Source: a virus
Taxonomy: Duplodnaviria > Caudoviricetes
IMG/VR virus record: IMGVR_UViG_3300042549_002778
Span: 1-62,167 of that record
Reading direction: 5' to 3' (one strand)
DNA length: 62,167 bases
In this document: in pieces, positions 23,913 to 34,374 of the stretch
Layout: each line of letters starts with the position of its first letter
How positions within the stretch are numbered: the first letter of the stretch is position 1
Notes under the pieces: generated by a model
Told to the model about the DNA's origin: nothing
Database searches by the model: none
The model's input: the letters and a program-made list of their open reading frames with translations, nothing else
Made by a program: the position numbers and the translations under genes

Positions 23913-26900
23913 ATGGGCAGCAAGGGCAGCGGCGGTGGTTCAAACCAAATGGGGTTCCAGGCAACTACGTCGACCTATACGCCAAACCCTGAAGCCATGG
24001 CGGCATATCGTAACGCCCTTGGAATGGCCGAAAACGTCGCTCAAATTCCATTTGAGCAATATCAGGGTCAAATGCTTGCCGGCTTTACGCCAGATCAGTT
24101 GGCTGCTTTTCAGGGCACGCGAGAGATGCAGGGCATGGCCCAGCCTTACATCAACGCGGCGGCTGGAGCGGTTAACAGGTCGCTTATGATGGCTGATCCC
24201 CGCAACTTCACGCCGGCTGCTCTCCAGCAATATTACAATCCATATCAGCAGAACGTCATTGAATCGACGCAACGCATGATGGAACAGCAGAACGCCCAGC
24301 AACAGGCTGACCTGACTGCCCGTGCTATTCAGCAGGGCGCGTATGGCGGCGATCGGTCTGGCGTTGCGCGCGCAGCCCTTATGGGTCAGCAGGCTCTTGC
24401 AAATCAGCAAGTCCTTTCTGGTCTTCAGCAACAGGGATACCAGCAAGCGGTTAGCCAGTATAATCAGCAACAGCAGCAGGCTATTGGCGCTGCGCAACAA
24501 GGCGCTTACAGCCTTGGTCAGCTTGGACTACAGGGTCAGCAGGCCGCCCTTCAGGGCATTCAGGCCCTGCTTGGCACAGGCGGGATGCAGCAGCAGCTTG
24601 GCCAGCAGCAGCTTTCTGCGGCTTACAATCAGTTCATGCAGGCGCGTGCTTACCCGTATCAGCAGGCCAATTTCTATGCTGGCATTGCGTCTGGCATTGC
24701 GCCAAACATGGGCGGCACAACCAATACTTTTGGCATCGGCAATAGCCAGACACAGCAACAGCAGGCGTCTGGCGGCGGTGGTGGCGCTGGCTTGATTTCG
24801 TCTGCGCTTTCGTTCTTGCCGATGCTTCTAGGCGGGTCGGATCGAGATGATAAAACTGATATCAAATATATCGGAAGGCACCCGGAAACCGGCGAAAGGC
24901 TTTATGAGTATCGCTATAAGGGAGATCCCAAAACCTATCCCAAGGTTGTTGGCCCAATGGCGCAGGACATCGAGAAAGACGAGCCTGAGCGCGTCCATGA
25001 GATTGGTGGCCATAAGGTCGTTGAGGGTCTTGGGCACTTAAAGCCCAGCGAAAGAGAAGGTCGCGCCGATGGCGGCGGGGCTTATGGCTCTTATAATGTC
25101 GATCCGTATGCCTATCAGCAGCCGGCTTATCAGGCTGACCAGCGATTTGATCCCGGATTCCAGACGGGGCTTAATGCCGTCATTGATCCGGCTATGGCGA
25201 ATGAGATCGCCCGCAGCCGTTGGGTTTCTCAGAATCCAGATCAAAGCCAGAGCGATCAGGCTGTTAACGAGCAGATGCAATACCGTAACCCGGAATTTAA
25301 TCTGTTCCCGTATTTTCAGGAAGGCGAGCATTCGCAGAGCCCGTTTGACGGCAACGCAGAACGTCCACAGATGTATGCCGACGGCGGTGGAGTTGGCGGA
25401 TTTGGCGATCTGATTAAAGCCAAGTCGCCGTTTGGTGCGGCCAATGAATATATTGAGGCCCTGCCTATTACTCCCGGCAAGGCTCATATCCCTGAGCCTC
25501 CCAAGATGAATTGGCTTCCGGGTCTTCCGGGTGGCGGTCCTTCGTCCAGTGGCGGGGGCGGCGGTGGCGGCGGCGGCGGATCGCCCAAGCTCCCCAAGCT
25601 AGGCGGTTCAAAGGCGGCTTCTGCCGGTGCGCACGCCCCGGATGCGGCTATGGCTGGTGAACATGCGGCGGCGGCTGCTCCGGCAACCCATGATGCGGCG
25701 GCTCATGCTCCGGCGATGGATATGGGCTCCGCTCCTGCGCCTGCCATGGATGCTGGTCTTGGCGGTATGGGTGGAATGGGTGGCGGGCTGGAAAATATCT
25801 TTTCCGGCCTTGGCGGCATTCTCCCGATGTTTAATCGTGGCGGTCGCGCGCCCAAGGCGGATGGCGGCGCGGGCGGAATGGGTTCCAGCGGCTTCGCGGG
25901 CGCTCTTGGTCCGGGCGCTGGCGCAATCCCCGGCGTGATTGGAGAGCCCGGCAGCGGCACGCTTGGGTCTCTGACTTCTGATATTGGCGGCGCTCCCACC
26001 AAGGGTCCAATGGGCGACATGTCCTATAAGGGCTGGCTTGGCCGCGCTATGGAGCTTGATCCCGGTCGTCAGACGACGCCGGAAGAACAGGGTCAGCCTT
26101 CGCTTCCCAAACCCGGTTCTCAGCCGCCGCGGCAGTGGATGCCGGGCGAGTCTCAAAGCAAGGTGATTGGAAATCAAAACGAAGGCATTAACCCCATGCT
26201 TATGATGGGCATGGGCAAAATGGGTAGCGGGCTTGCCCTTGCCTCTATCATTGGCCAGCAGCAGGCTCAGCAAAACGCCTCCACAATGCAGAAAGAGGCG
26301 CAGGCCAAGCGCGCGGAGATCCTTGCCAAACCTCAGACGCCGGCTGGATATTCCACTTCTCTGGCGAGCAATATTGTCAATCCCCGCACGGGCCTGTTTA
26401 ATGTAAACTATGGCACGTATTACATGCCGCCTTACGCGGCTGGCGGTCGGGTCGGTAAGGCTAATGGTGGAGGCTTTAATTACGGCCCCTCAATGCAGCT
26501 TTACTACGACATGATTAATTCTGGTAAAATGACCCCGGAGGCTGCGGCTGGTTACGCCGGAAACTTCTCATATGAGGCTTCCGGTCGCGGTAAGAACCAG
26601 ATCAATCCTGCGGCTGTCGAGGGCGGTCAGCCCTTTAACAAGGCTGGCATTGGATATGCGCAATGGACGAATGCTCATCGCGGAAATCTTGGTCGCCACA
26701 GCGACTTCCTGAATTTTGCAAAACAAACTGGTCAGCCGTGGAATACGCATCTTGCCAACCTTGATTATTTTAACAAGGAGCGGTCTGAAAATCCGTTTGT
26801 TATGCGTGCTGATGAAAAGGTTCAGGCACAACCAACAATTCGTGAAGCCGCTACTCATGTCATGCAGGACTATGAGCGTCCGGGTGCGGCGGAGGCGGCG

Positions 26901-29900
26901 AAGTCTCTGCATCATCGGATCGGCATGGCTGAGCATATTGGCGACATCGCGCAGGCAGGAAATCCGTTTGAGGGCACTGCCCTTGCTGAGGAATCGGCTC
27001 GCAGTAATCAGGTGCTTGCTGAAGATCATCCTGAATTTACGACCGGCGGCCAGTTTGCGGAAGGTGGTCGTGTTTACATGGCGCGCGGTGGCGGCTTGGA
27101 TGAGCGCACTTCGGCCCTTGCCAATCGGGCAATGAACTATTTCCTTAGCAAAGGCTACTCAAAGGCTGCTGCTGCGGGAATCGTTGGAAATCTTATCCAT
27201 GAAAGCGGTGGTCATTTAAATCCTGCCGCTCATGGCGATTTAAGTCTTGGCGCGGCGCGTTCGGCTTGGGGCATTGGTCAGTGGCGTGAGAACAGGTTCA
27301 GAAATCTTCAGAATTTTGCAAAGGCCATTGGCCGGGATTGGAAAGATTTTGATACGCAGCTTGCCTTTGTTGATCGCGAGCTAAAGTCTGATTACCGGAA
27401 TGCCTATCGAGGGATCACAAGCGCCCGGACGCCGCAAGAAGCGGCTGCGCAGATGATGATGTATTACGAAATCCCGCAACATCGCGTTGCCGGAGTTCCG
27501 TCTACATATAGGGGCTGGGGTCAGCGCGCCAATCTTGCTTCGATGCTTGGCGGTCAGGAATACAGCCCGACTTCAGCCGGTTCCTATGGCGCTCCTGCGA
27601 CGGCACCGATCAGAACATTGGCTGTCCGTCCCCTTACCGGGGAGCGTGCGGGGGTTGTCGCGTCGGATAATCAGCCGACTCCTGCTCCTGCGCCCGTTCG
27701 TGCGGCTGCGCCTGCCTCGCCTTATCCCGGAAGCAACCTGAACCGGATCAATCCCGCCGACCCGTCTGGACCTCTTTTGGGAGATCCTGCGCCAAAGGTT
27801 GTCCCGGCGACCGCCCCGGCTGAGCCAAAGCCCGGATTTAATCTGGCCAGTTTAAGCCCCATCAGCGCGGCCTATGCCAGTGATCGTGGTGTTTATCCGC
27901 CGTCGCGGTTTGAAGGCCCGCCTATGTCGCGTGGGCCGGCTGAGCAGCGTATTATGAACCGTGGGCTTGATGTCGGTTATGGCCCTGATCACGACACGTA
28001 TGGTCCGGGAATTTCTGAGGTTGAGGGTATCCGCACGCAGTTTGGCCAGACGCCTTATCAGAGGTCCATGCTGGCTGAAACTCCGTATGCCCAGACCATG
28101 GTTGGCGCTCCGCTAAGCCCATTTGACGATGGTTCTGGATTTAGCGAGGAAAAAGAAGTCGTCTCCGCTGACCGTAAAGAAGCGCCCAAGGCTCCCGCGT
28201 CCAAATCTGGAGAGGGTCCATATTGGGGCGATTACCGTGATTATGAGCCGTGGAAATCTGACCCCATCGGTGGGTTCTTTGATGAGTTAACCGGAGATCG
28301 CCCGCATTCCGCGCATAAGGGCGCGTCAATGTATGACACTGGCGCTGGCGAGACGCAGGGCGGTGGTTTTGATATTCTCAAAGAATTGGGCTTTGCCGAT
28401 GGCGGCGCGGCTGAGACGGATGCGGATAAAACACGCAAACGCCCCGGTGTAAGCAGCACGTTTGATCCTCTTGGGTCATTGCCGGAGAGATTGGCTGCTG
28501 AGCAGTTGCAGCGGATGTCAATCAACCCGAATACGCCCGCGAAGCGCCCCGGCTGGGGAAGTTCTTTTGACACGCTTGGTTCGTTGCCAGAGCGACTTGC
28601 GATGGAGCAGCGCGCCAAAATGGCGGCGGAACGTCCCGTCTACCGTCAAGATCCGAATTTCCGACCGACCTATCATGCCAACATGGGTCCGATGGTATCG
28701 GAAATGACGCAACGTCAGCTTCCTGATTGGAATCCAAACATTCCGGCTCAGCAGGGCGGTTATCCTTCAACCATTGGTCAAATGTATCCGGTTGAAAGTG
28801 TCGTGGCTGAGCAGGCTCCGCAGCCTACCCCCGCATCTGGCGCAGGGGCAGAGATGCCCGCTCCGGCGGCTTCTCAGGGTGCCCGTTCGGCCCCGCAAGC
28901 CGGTTCTCAAGGCGAAAATGGTGGCCCGTATTGGGGTGATTATCGCGATTACGAGCCGTGGCGCTCCGATCCGATTGGATTGGCTTTTGACCAGATTATG
29001 GGTGAAAAGCCGCATTCTTCCCACAAGGGTGCGTCAATGTGGGATGTTGGCGGTGGTGAAACCGCTCCCGCAAGCCTTGGCGACCTGTTCAGGCAGTTTG
29101 GTGGTCGCGTAAAGATGCAGGATGGCGGTGATCCGCTTGCTGGCCTTGATTCTGAATTGTTCAGTCAGGAGCCCATGGCAGATGATCTTGCCGGGTTTTC
29201 CCCGCAGGCGCTTGCTGAAGCTACTGCGCCAGAATCGGAAGAGCCAATTGTAGCCACTGACAGGCAGGAACAGCCTGTTCAGCCGGCGGCAAAACAGGGC
29301 CTTGGTGGTCTTCGTTCCCCCATTACGGGACAGCCCATGGAGTTTGGTCCCTTGTCGCAGGCCATGCTTGCGGCTGGCCTTGGCATGATGGCTTCGGATC
29401 GCGTTAATCCGCTTCAGGCGATTGGCGAAGGCGGATTGCGTGGACTTGAGTATTATCAGGAAGCAAAAGCTGGCGAGAGAGCAAGAGAAGCCGCTAATGA
29501 GCGTCTTAGCCATCAGCGCGCCAAAGAACGCGCTGACGAGCTTTATCGTCAGAACGCTCTTGAGCTTCGCCGTAATCTTCTGGAAGCCCAAGAAAGAGCC
29601 AGGATTGCAAACGAAAAGCGTCTGGAGTTGCAAAGTAGCCCTGATTACAAGGCTCGCGTTGCTCAAGAAGCGGCTGAAGCCAAGAAACTTGCTGACATTG
29701 GAATCAAAACTCAAGAAGATGCCATGTCGGCGCAGGGCAATATTTCGCGTCTTAGCAACTTTGAAAAGGCTCTTGAAGAAGCGCGTTTCAGGACCGGCGC
29801 AGGGGCTTCTGTTGAGCTTGCGCTTCGTCGTGGCGCGGCTGCTCTTGGCTATGGAGACGAGGAAGCCGTCCAGCTTATGGGTGACTTTGAGTCTGGAGCA

Positions 29901-30311
29901 ATCAAAGATTTGCTGACAAACGCTGGTGGATCGCTTGGTGCTGGTATCTCCCGCTCTGACGCTGAAACCCTCGCCAAGATGTCCACAAGTCTGTCCAAAT
30001 CTCCGGCTGAAAACCTTAGCGCCATTCGCGCGGCGAAAGCGGTTGAACAGCGCAAAATTGATATTGCTGAGTTCCAGCGGCAATATCGTGAAGCCCATGG
30101 CGGGGTTCTTGATGGAAATTATTACAATGAGCTTTCCAAATGGGCGGCTGCGCATCCGATAACAGCTACATTGGGACAGACAAAATCCAAAGAAAGCAAG
30201 TCTTCAGGACAATCGGAATCAGCTCCTTCGTCTCAAAAAGTGATCATTAATCCTGTGACAAAAGAGCGTATGAGACTGAACGCTGCGGGCACTGGATGGG
30301 AGAAATTCTAA
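23913..30311 (+). CDS. Large internal virion/DNA-ejection protein with S74-type autocleavage domain and two phage tail lysozyme domains
   Basis: Gln-rich N-terminus (YNPYQQNVI); SDRDDKTDI...GPMAQDIE; AAAG..GN...E...GI.QW twice; 11 GG motifs. Confidence 0.8.
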   Translation: MGSKGSGGGSNQMGFQATTSTYTPNPEAMAAYRNALGMAENVAQIPFEQYQGQMLAGFTPDQLAAFQGTREMQGMAQPYINAAAGAVNRSLMMADPRNFTPAALQQYYNPYQQNVIESTQRMMEQQNAQQQADLTARAIQQGAYGGDRSGVARAALMGQQALANQQVLSGLQQQGYQQAVSQYNQQQQQAIGAAQQGAYSLGQLGLQGQQAALQGIQALLGTGGMQQQLGQQQLSAAYNQFMQARAYPYQQANFYAGIASGIAPNMGGTTNTFGIGNSQTQQQQASGGGGGAGLISSALSFLPMLLGGSDRDDKTDIKYIGRHPETGERLYEYRYKGDPKTYPKVVGPMAQDIEKDEPERVHEIGGHKVVEGLGHLKPSEREGRADGGGAYGSYNVDPYAYQQPAYQADQRFDPGFQTGLNAVIDPAMANEIARSRWVSQNPDQSQSDQAVNEQMQYRNPEFNLFPYFQEGEHSQSPFDGNAERPQMYADGGGVGGFGDLIKAKSPFGAANEYIEALPITPGKAHIPEPPKMNWLPGLPGGGPSSSGGGGGGGGGGSPKLPKLGGSKAASAGAHAPDAAMAGEHAAAAAPATHDAAAHAPAMDMGSAPAPAMDAGLGGMGGMGGGLENIFSGLGGILPMFNRGGRAPKADGGAGGMGSSGFAGALGPGAGAIPGVIGEPGSGTLGSLTSDIGGAPTKGPMGDMSYKGWLGRAMELDPGRQTTPEEQGQPSLPKPGSQPPRQWMPGESQSKVIGNQNEGINPMLMMGMGKMGSGLALASIIGQQQAQQNASTMQKEAQAKRAEILAKPQTPAGYSTSLASNIVNPRTGLFNVNYGTYYMPPYAAGGRVGKANGGGFNYGPSMQLYYDMINSGKMTPEAAAGYAGNFSYEASGRGKNQINPAAVEGGQPFNKAGIGYAQWTNAHRGNLGRHSDFLNFAKQTGQPWNTHLANLDYFNKERSENPFVMRADEKVQAQPTIREAATHVMQDYERPGAAEAAKSLHHRIGMAEHIGDIAQAGNPFEGTALAEESARSNQVLAEDHPEFTTGGQFAEGGRVYMARGGGLDERTSALANRAMNYFLSKGYSKAAAAGIVGNLIHESGGHLNPAAHGDLSLGAARSAWGIGQWRENRFRNLQNFAKAIGRDWKDFDTQLAFVDRELKSDYRNAYRGITSARTPQEAAAQMMMYYEIPQHRVAGVPSTYRGWGQRANLASMLGGQEYSPTSAGSYGAPATAPIRTLAVRPLTGERAGVVASDNQPTPAPAPVRAAAPASPYPGSNLNRINPADPSGPLLGDPAPKVVPATAPAEPKPGFNLASLSPISAAYASDRGVYPPSRFEGPPMSRGPAEQRIMNRGLDVGYGPDHDTYGPGISEVEGIRTQFGQTPYQRSMLAETPYAQTMVGAPLSPFDDGSGFSEEKEVVSADRKEAPKAPASKSGEGPYWGDYRDYEPWKSDPIGGFFDELTGDRPHSAHKGASMYDTGAGETQGGGFDILKELGFADGGAAETDADKTRKRPGVSSTFDPLGSLPERLAAEQLQRMSINPNTPAKRPGWGSSFDTLGSLPERLAMEQRAKMAAERPVYRQDPNFRPTYHANMGPMVSEMTQRQLPDWNPNIPAQQGGYPSTIGQMYPVESVVAEQAPQPTPASGAGAEMPAPAASQGARSAPQAGSQGENGGPYWGDYRDYEPWRSDPIGLAFDQIMGEKPHSSHKGASMWDVGGGETAPASLGDLFRQFGGRVKMQDGGDPLAGLDSELFSQEPMADDLAGFSPQALAEATAPESEEPIVATDRQEQPVQPAAKQGLGGLRSPITGQPMEFGPLSQAMLAAGLGMMASDRVNPLQAIGEGGLRGLEYYQEAKAGERAREAANERLSHQRAKERADELYRQNALELRRNLLEAQERARIANEKRLELQSSPDYKARVAQEAAEAKKLADIGIKTQEDAMSAQGNISRLSNFEKALEEARFRTGAGASVELALRRGAAALGYGDEEAVQLMGDFESGAIKDLLTNAGGSLGAGISRSDAETLAKMSTSLSKSPAENLSAIRAAKAVEQRKIDIAEFQRQYREAHGGVLDGNYYNELSKWAAAHPITATLGQTKSKESKSSGQSESAPSSQKVIINPVTKERMRLNAAGTGWEKF

Positions 30312-32434
30312 TGGCAAATGAACTTCCTCCCATTCCTGAAGGATTTGAACTTTACAAGGGAGGGGATGAATCTCTCCCAGAAATTCCAGAAGGCTTTCAG
30401 TTATCAACTGAAGAAAAACGACCTGAAGGCGGAGTTGGTGAAACCATAGCAGCCGGACTTCGTGGCGTTCGTGAAGCCATACCGTTTGGCCAAGATATAG
30501 GTGCGGCTGCGACTGCTCCATTTACTGGCCGTTCGTTTGGTGAAGAAAAGCGCCATCAAATGGAGAGAGATGTTCAGCTATCTAAAGAACATCCTTATGC
30601 TTACGGCGCAGGCATGGCCACTGGAATTGGCGCGCAATTGCTTGCGCCAGAAGTCGGCTTGGTCAGGTCTGGAATGGGATTTCCAGCTAAAGTTGCTGCC
30701 GGTAGTGCAGAGGGTGCGTTATACGGATTAGGTGAAGGCGTAACACCTGAAGAAAGACTTCAAAGCGCCAAAACGGGTGCTTTATTCGGTGCTGGCGCAA
30801 CCGCTGGGCTTACTGCGGCTGGAAAAGGTCTTGAGGCTGCTGGCGCTGGCGCAAGTCGTCTTTTTAGGGGTCCACAGGCGCAGGCGGAGCGGGCCATTGG
30901 TGAAGCTCTTGAAACTGACATTCGTCGTGAATCTGAAAGACTTACGCCACAAGAAATCGAAGAAGCAGTAAAACGCGGCCAGCCAATTCTTCCTGTTGAT
31001 GTTGGTGGTGGCACTCTTGCTGGGGAGCTTCGCAAAGCGACAAATATTTCCCCGGAAGCAGAAGCTACAATATATGGGCCGCTGAAAAAACGATATGTTG
31101 AGCAGCAGAAACGGTATCAGCAGCACCTTCAGGGCCTTATGGGGCATGATTTAGATGCGGCTGGTATGCAGGAGGATCTTCGCGAAATTGCCCGTGGTAT
31201 CAATCGCCCGGCCTATCGCGCGGCATATGATTCTCCAAATGCTCAAAATATCTGGAATCAGGAGCTTGCAAATATTGTCAATGCACCTGCGGTCCAAAGC
31301 GCCATTGAACCAGCAATGGTCAAGATGAAGAATAAAGCCGTCCTTGGCGAAGGGCCAGATATAGAGCCGATATTTGTTTCTGATACCAAAGGCAATGTAA
31401 GGCAGGGATTGCCTAAATCCCTTGAGTATTGGGACAACGTAAAACAGGCCATGGATGACAAGATAGGCGCTTTAAAGCGAGCCGGAGATTCATCTTGGGT
31501 GGATATAAATAAAATCAAAAACAGGCTAGTCGCGGCTCTTGATAAGTCTGTTCCAGAGTATGCGAAAGCTCGCTCTGGCGCAGCCATGATGTTTGGCGCT
31601 GACAATGCATTTGACGCGGGGCTTTCATTTCTTGGCACCAAAAGCACGTTAAATTCTGCTAAAATGAAAAAACTTGTTGAGTCCATGAAGCCAAATGAGC
31701 GTGAAGTATTTGCTCATGGCGTTGCGGCTAACATGCTTTCACGTATTCGCGACCGCAGAGAACGATCAGATATATCGAAGCTTTTTGACTCCCCCGAAGA
31801 GCGTGAAAAGATTTCCATGGCCCTTGGGCCAGAAAGAGCGGCAAAGTTTGAGGCTTTCCATCGTGTAGAAAACATAATGGATAGAGCCTATCAGGCTGTG
31901 GTATCCAATTCTACGACTGCCAAACAATACGCGCGATCTCAGGATCAGGGATACGCAAGAAAGATTATAGGAAGGTTGCCTTATATGGGAGGCGAGGCCG
32001 GTTTGGCTGGCGCATATTCGCACTCTCTATCTCAGGCAATACTTCCTGTTCTACTGGATTTGACCGGGACGACAATAAAGCACGTTTCTGATAAACGCAG
32101 AATGGCTTCTGTTGAGAAGCTTGGGGAAATGCTGGTTTCTCCCGATCCAGCCGTCAGGCAGCAAGTCATGGATATGATTTCTTCCAAGCCGTCTGCAATG
32201 CAGAAGCTGCGTAACATTGATGCATCCTTGCGCAGGATGGCAATTGTTGGCGGCGTTGAGCTAAATAGAGAAGAAAGAAAGTCTGGTGGCAAGGTTTACC
32301 CTGCCAAGCGCCTTTCATTGCTGGAAAAGGCTGCGCTTAAAGCTCATAATGACCTCGCAAATGGTTCTAGGCCACTTATGGAGATGTCGGACGAGCAAAT
32401 CGCCGCCGGCCTACATGACGCTAAAGAAGGATAA
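30311..32434 (+). CDS. Internal virion/ejection protein
   Basis: Gly/Ala-rich amphipathic N-terminus, helical body, RKSGGKV near the C-terminus; start overlaps the upstream stop. Confidence 0.7.
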   Translation: MANELPPIPEGFELYKGGDESLPEIPEGFQLSTEEKRPEGGVGETIAAGLRGVREAIPFGQDIGAAATAPFTGRSFGEEKRHQMERDVQLSKEHPYAYGAGMATGIGAQLLAPEVGLVRSGMGFPAKVAAGSAEGALYGLGEGVTPEERLQSAKTGALFGAGATAGLTAAGKGLEAAGAGASRLFRGPQAQAERAIGEALETDIRRESERLTPQEIEEAVKRGQPILPVDVGGGTLAGELRKATNISPEAEATIYGPLKKRYVEQQKRYQQHLQGLMGHDLDAAGMQEDLREIARGINRPAYRAAYDSPNAQNIWNQELANIVNAPAVQSAIEPAMVKMKNKAVLGEGPDIEPIFVSDTKGNVRQGLPKSLEYWDNVKQAMDDKIGALKRAGDSSWVDINKIKNRLVAALDKSVPEYAKARSGAAMMFGADNAFDAGLSFLGTKSTLNSAKMKKLVESMKPNEREVFAHGVAANMLSRIRDRRERSDISKLFDSPEEREKISMALGPERAAKFEAFHRVENIMDRAYQAVVSNSTTAKQYARSQDQGYARKIIGRLPYMGGEAGLAGAYSHSLSQAILPVLLDLTGTTIKHVSDKRRMASVEKLGEMLVSPDPAVRQQVMDMISSKPSAMQKLRNIDASLRRMAIVGGVELNREERKSGGKVYPAKRLSLLEKAALKAHNDLANGSRPLMEMSDEQIAAGLHDAKEG

Positions 32435-32439
32435 CGACG

Positions 32440-33363
32440 GTGCCCGATTCATATACGACAGGTAAACTTGGCCTTATCGAACCGGCCCGTGGCGGTTATG
32501 TAGACACATGGGATGAACCGCTATATGCCAATTGGCAGACGTTAGAGGCTGCTATTTCCGGCACGACAACCCTGACGTTGACAAATGCAAACGTCGTTTT
32601 GACAGTCCCGACGTTCCCGACAAACAATGATCCGCCGACCGTCTCTACGTCGTGTCAGAACCTTCGGCTTTATCTTACGGGCACGCTTGCGGCCAACTTA
32701 ACGGTTTTCATCCCGGCAACTGTAGGTGGCTTCTGGATCATTGATGATGCTACAATCGGTAGTTTTACTGTAACGATTAAAACGACTGCGGTTGGATCGA
32801 CGGGGGTTAATTCTGCCCAAGGAAAAAGCATAATTGTTTTTAGCGACGGAGCAAATGTTAAACTTGCCGATAGCGGTATTATTCCGCCAGTTCCTCTTGC
32901 GGTTCCAATTGGAACTATTCTTAGTTATGCGTCAAGTTCGTCTTTGCCGACCGGGTATTTAAATTGCAATGGAGCCGCAGTATCAAGAACTTTATATTCT
33001 GATCTTTTTTTAGTAATTGGGACAACTTGGGGCGTTGGAGATAATTCAACAACCTTTAATGTTCCTGATCTTCAAAACATGTTTATTCGAGGCGCGGGAA
33101 CTTCTCCTGTAGGAACATTTGAAGCAAACACGTTTGGTTCGCATACTCACGGTGTAAATGACCCCGGCCATACGCATACACAATCGCAAGGCCAACGTGG
33201 CGCTTTTGGTGGCGTTAACCCTGTTCCAAATGGTCTTACTGGCACCAATTATGTTAATCAGCCAGCAATTGCTTCAGCAACTACAGGTATAACAATCGCA
33301 AATTCGGGTGGTTCTGAAACGCGCCCGGACAATAAACGCGTTCTGTATATCATAAAAACATGA
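32440..33363 (+). CDS. Tail collar domain protein / short fibre
   Basis: PIGTI...P.GYL.CNG.AVSRT.Y.DLF.VIGT.WG.GD.STTFNVPDL; ETRP.N. Confidence 0.85.
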   Translation: MPDSYTTGKLGLIEPARGGYVDTWDEPLYANWQTLEAAISGTTTLTLTNANVVLTVPTFPTNNDPPTVSTSCQNLRLYLTGTLAANLTVFIPATVGGFWIIDDATIGSFTVTIKTTAVGSTGVNSAQGKSIIVFSDGANVKLADSGIIPPVPLAVPIGTILSYASSSSLPTGYLNCNGAAVSRTLYSDLFLVIGTTWGVGDNSTTFNVPDLQNMFIRGAGTSPVGTFEANTFGSHTHGVNDPGHTHTQSQGQRGAFGGVNPVPNGLTGTNYVNQPAIASATTGITIANSGGSETRPDNKRVLYIIKT

Positions 33364-33485
33364 TGCATCCTGACGACTATGACCTTATTATTAAAATATG
33401 TAAGACCGTAGCCATAATATGGATGTGCGTTCTATGTTATAAACTAGGCCAAGGCGTCTACCTTGAGTTGAGGAATCTACAATGA
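33363..33485 (+). CDS. Small membrane peptide (40 aa, not in ORF track)
   Basis: MHPDDYDLIIKICKTVAIIWMCVLCYKLGQG...; start and stop overlap both neighbours. Confidence 0.5.
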   Translation: MHPDDYDLIIKICKTVAIIWMCVLCYKLGQGVYLELRNLQ

Positions 33486-34024
33486 ACATGGATTATTTCT
33501 TCGACCGTATAAGGCGCTCCTGTTTTGGCGGCAAAATGACCCAAAAACAGGTAGATGGCGTTAATAAAATCATCGCCTATCGCGATGAAAAATGGCCCAA
33601 AATGCCGGATACGGAACTGGCATATCTATTGGCTACCGTTATGCATGAGACGGCATTTACGATGCAGCCAATAAAGGAAATGGGCTCTCCGGCGTATTTC
33701 AGGACAAAGCGGTATGCGCCAAAATGGATCGGTCGCGGTTTAATCCAGATTACGTGGAAATACAACTACGAGAAATTCGGGATTGCGGACGATCCCGATT
33801 CCGCTCTCAAATGGCCCGTTTCTCTGGACATCGCCTTTCGCGGCATGATCTTTGGCATGTTTACGGGCAAGAAGCTGTCGGACTACATTAAGCCGGGAAA
33901 AGCTCCTGACTTTGTCGGCGCTCGTCGCATTATCAATGGCACTGACCGTGCAAGGCTTATTGCTGGCTATGCCAATTCCTATCTTGACGCTCTAACTCAG
34001 TCCAAGCAGGAGCCGGGAAAATGA
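33482..34024 (+). CDS. Endolysin, GH19 chitinase/lysozyme-like
   Basis: LAYLLAT..HET...PIKE; GRGLIQITWKYNY; ARRIING.D. Confidence 0.85.
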   Translation: MNMDYFFDRIRRSCFGGKMTQKQVDGVNKIIAYRDEKWPKMPDTELAYLLATVMHETAFTMQPIKEMGSPAYFRTKRYAPKWIGRGLIQITWKYNYEKFGIADDPDSALKWPVSLDIAFRGMIFGMFTGKKLSDYIKPGKAPDFVGARRIINGTDRARLIAGYANSYLDALTQSKQEPGK

Positions 34025-34161
34025 GAGAAACTTTCGTATATCTGCTAGTGGCAGCTATGTATTCTGTCATATTACTTAGCTTTAGCGTTCTGGCGGGTTG
34101 CGAAAGCGCCAAGTATGTTGAATGTGTTATGCGAGATAACACCAGAAACCCCTGCAATTAG
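34021..34161 (+). CDS. Small lipoprotein (46 aa, not in ORF track)
   Basis: MRETFVYLLVAAMYSVILLSFSVLAGC with lipobox LAGC. Confidence 0.6.
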   Translation: MRETFVYLLVAAMYSVILLSFSVLAGCESAKYVECVMRDNTRNPCN

Positions 34162-34170
34162 GAGGCTGAT

Positions 34171-34374
34171 ATGCACAATTTGCTTGTAAACTGGAAAACC
34201 ACGATCTCCGGCCTTATCCCGCTTGTGGCTTATGGCCTAAACTATGCCGGTCTTTGGCCTAGCGTTATTCCGCTTCCGCCGTTTGATCAGGTCTGGCCGT
34301 TTGTTCTGGCTATTGTCGGAATCGGTGGCGCGGCAAAAGATAGCAATGTCACTGGTGGCAATATTCAGCAATGA
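34171..34374 (+). CDS. Putative holin
   Basis: NWKTT..G, two TM segments, AKD; RBS AGGAGG. Confidence 0.7.
   Translation: MHNLLVNWKTTISGLIPLVAYGLNYAGLWPSVIPLPPFDQVWPFVLAIVGIGGAAKDSNVTGGNIQQ

Noticed and set aside
24837-25035. Intein/Hint domain
   Set aside because: No C-terminal HN-C/S/T junction; the pattern fits an S74 chaperone better
28205-29070. DGR template/variable repeat pair
   Set aside because: No reverse transcriptase in the genome; both copies are in-frame and differences are not adenine-specific
29034-30155. 373-aa antisense ORF
   Set aside because: Shadow of a helical coding region with biased codons
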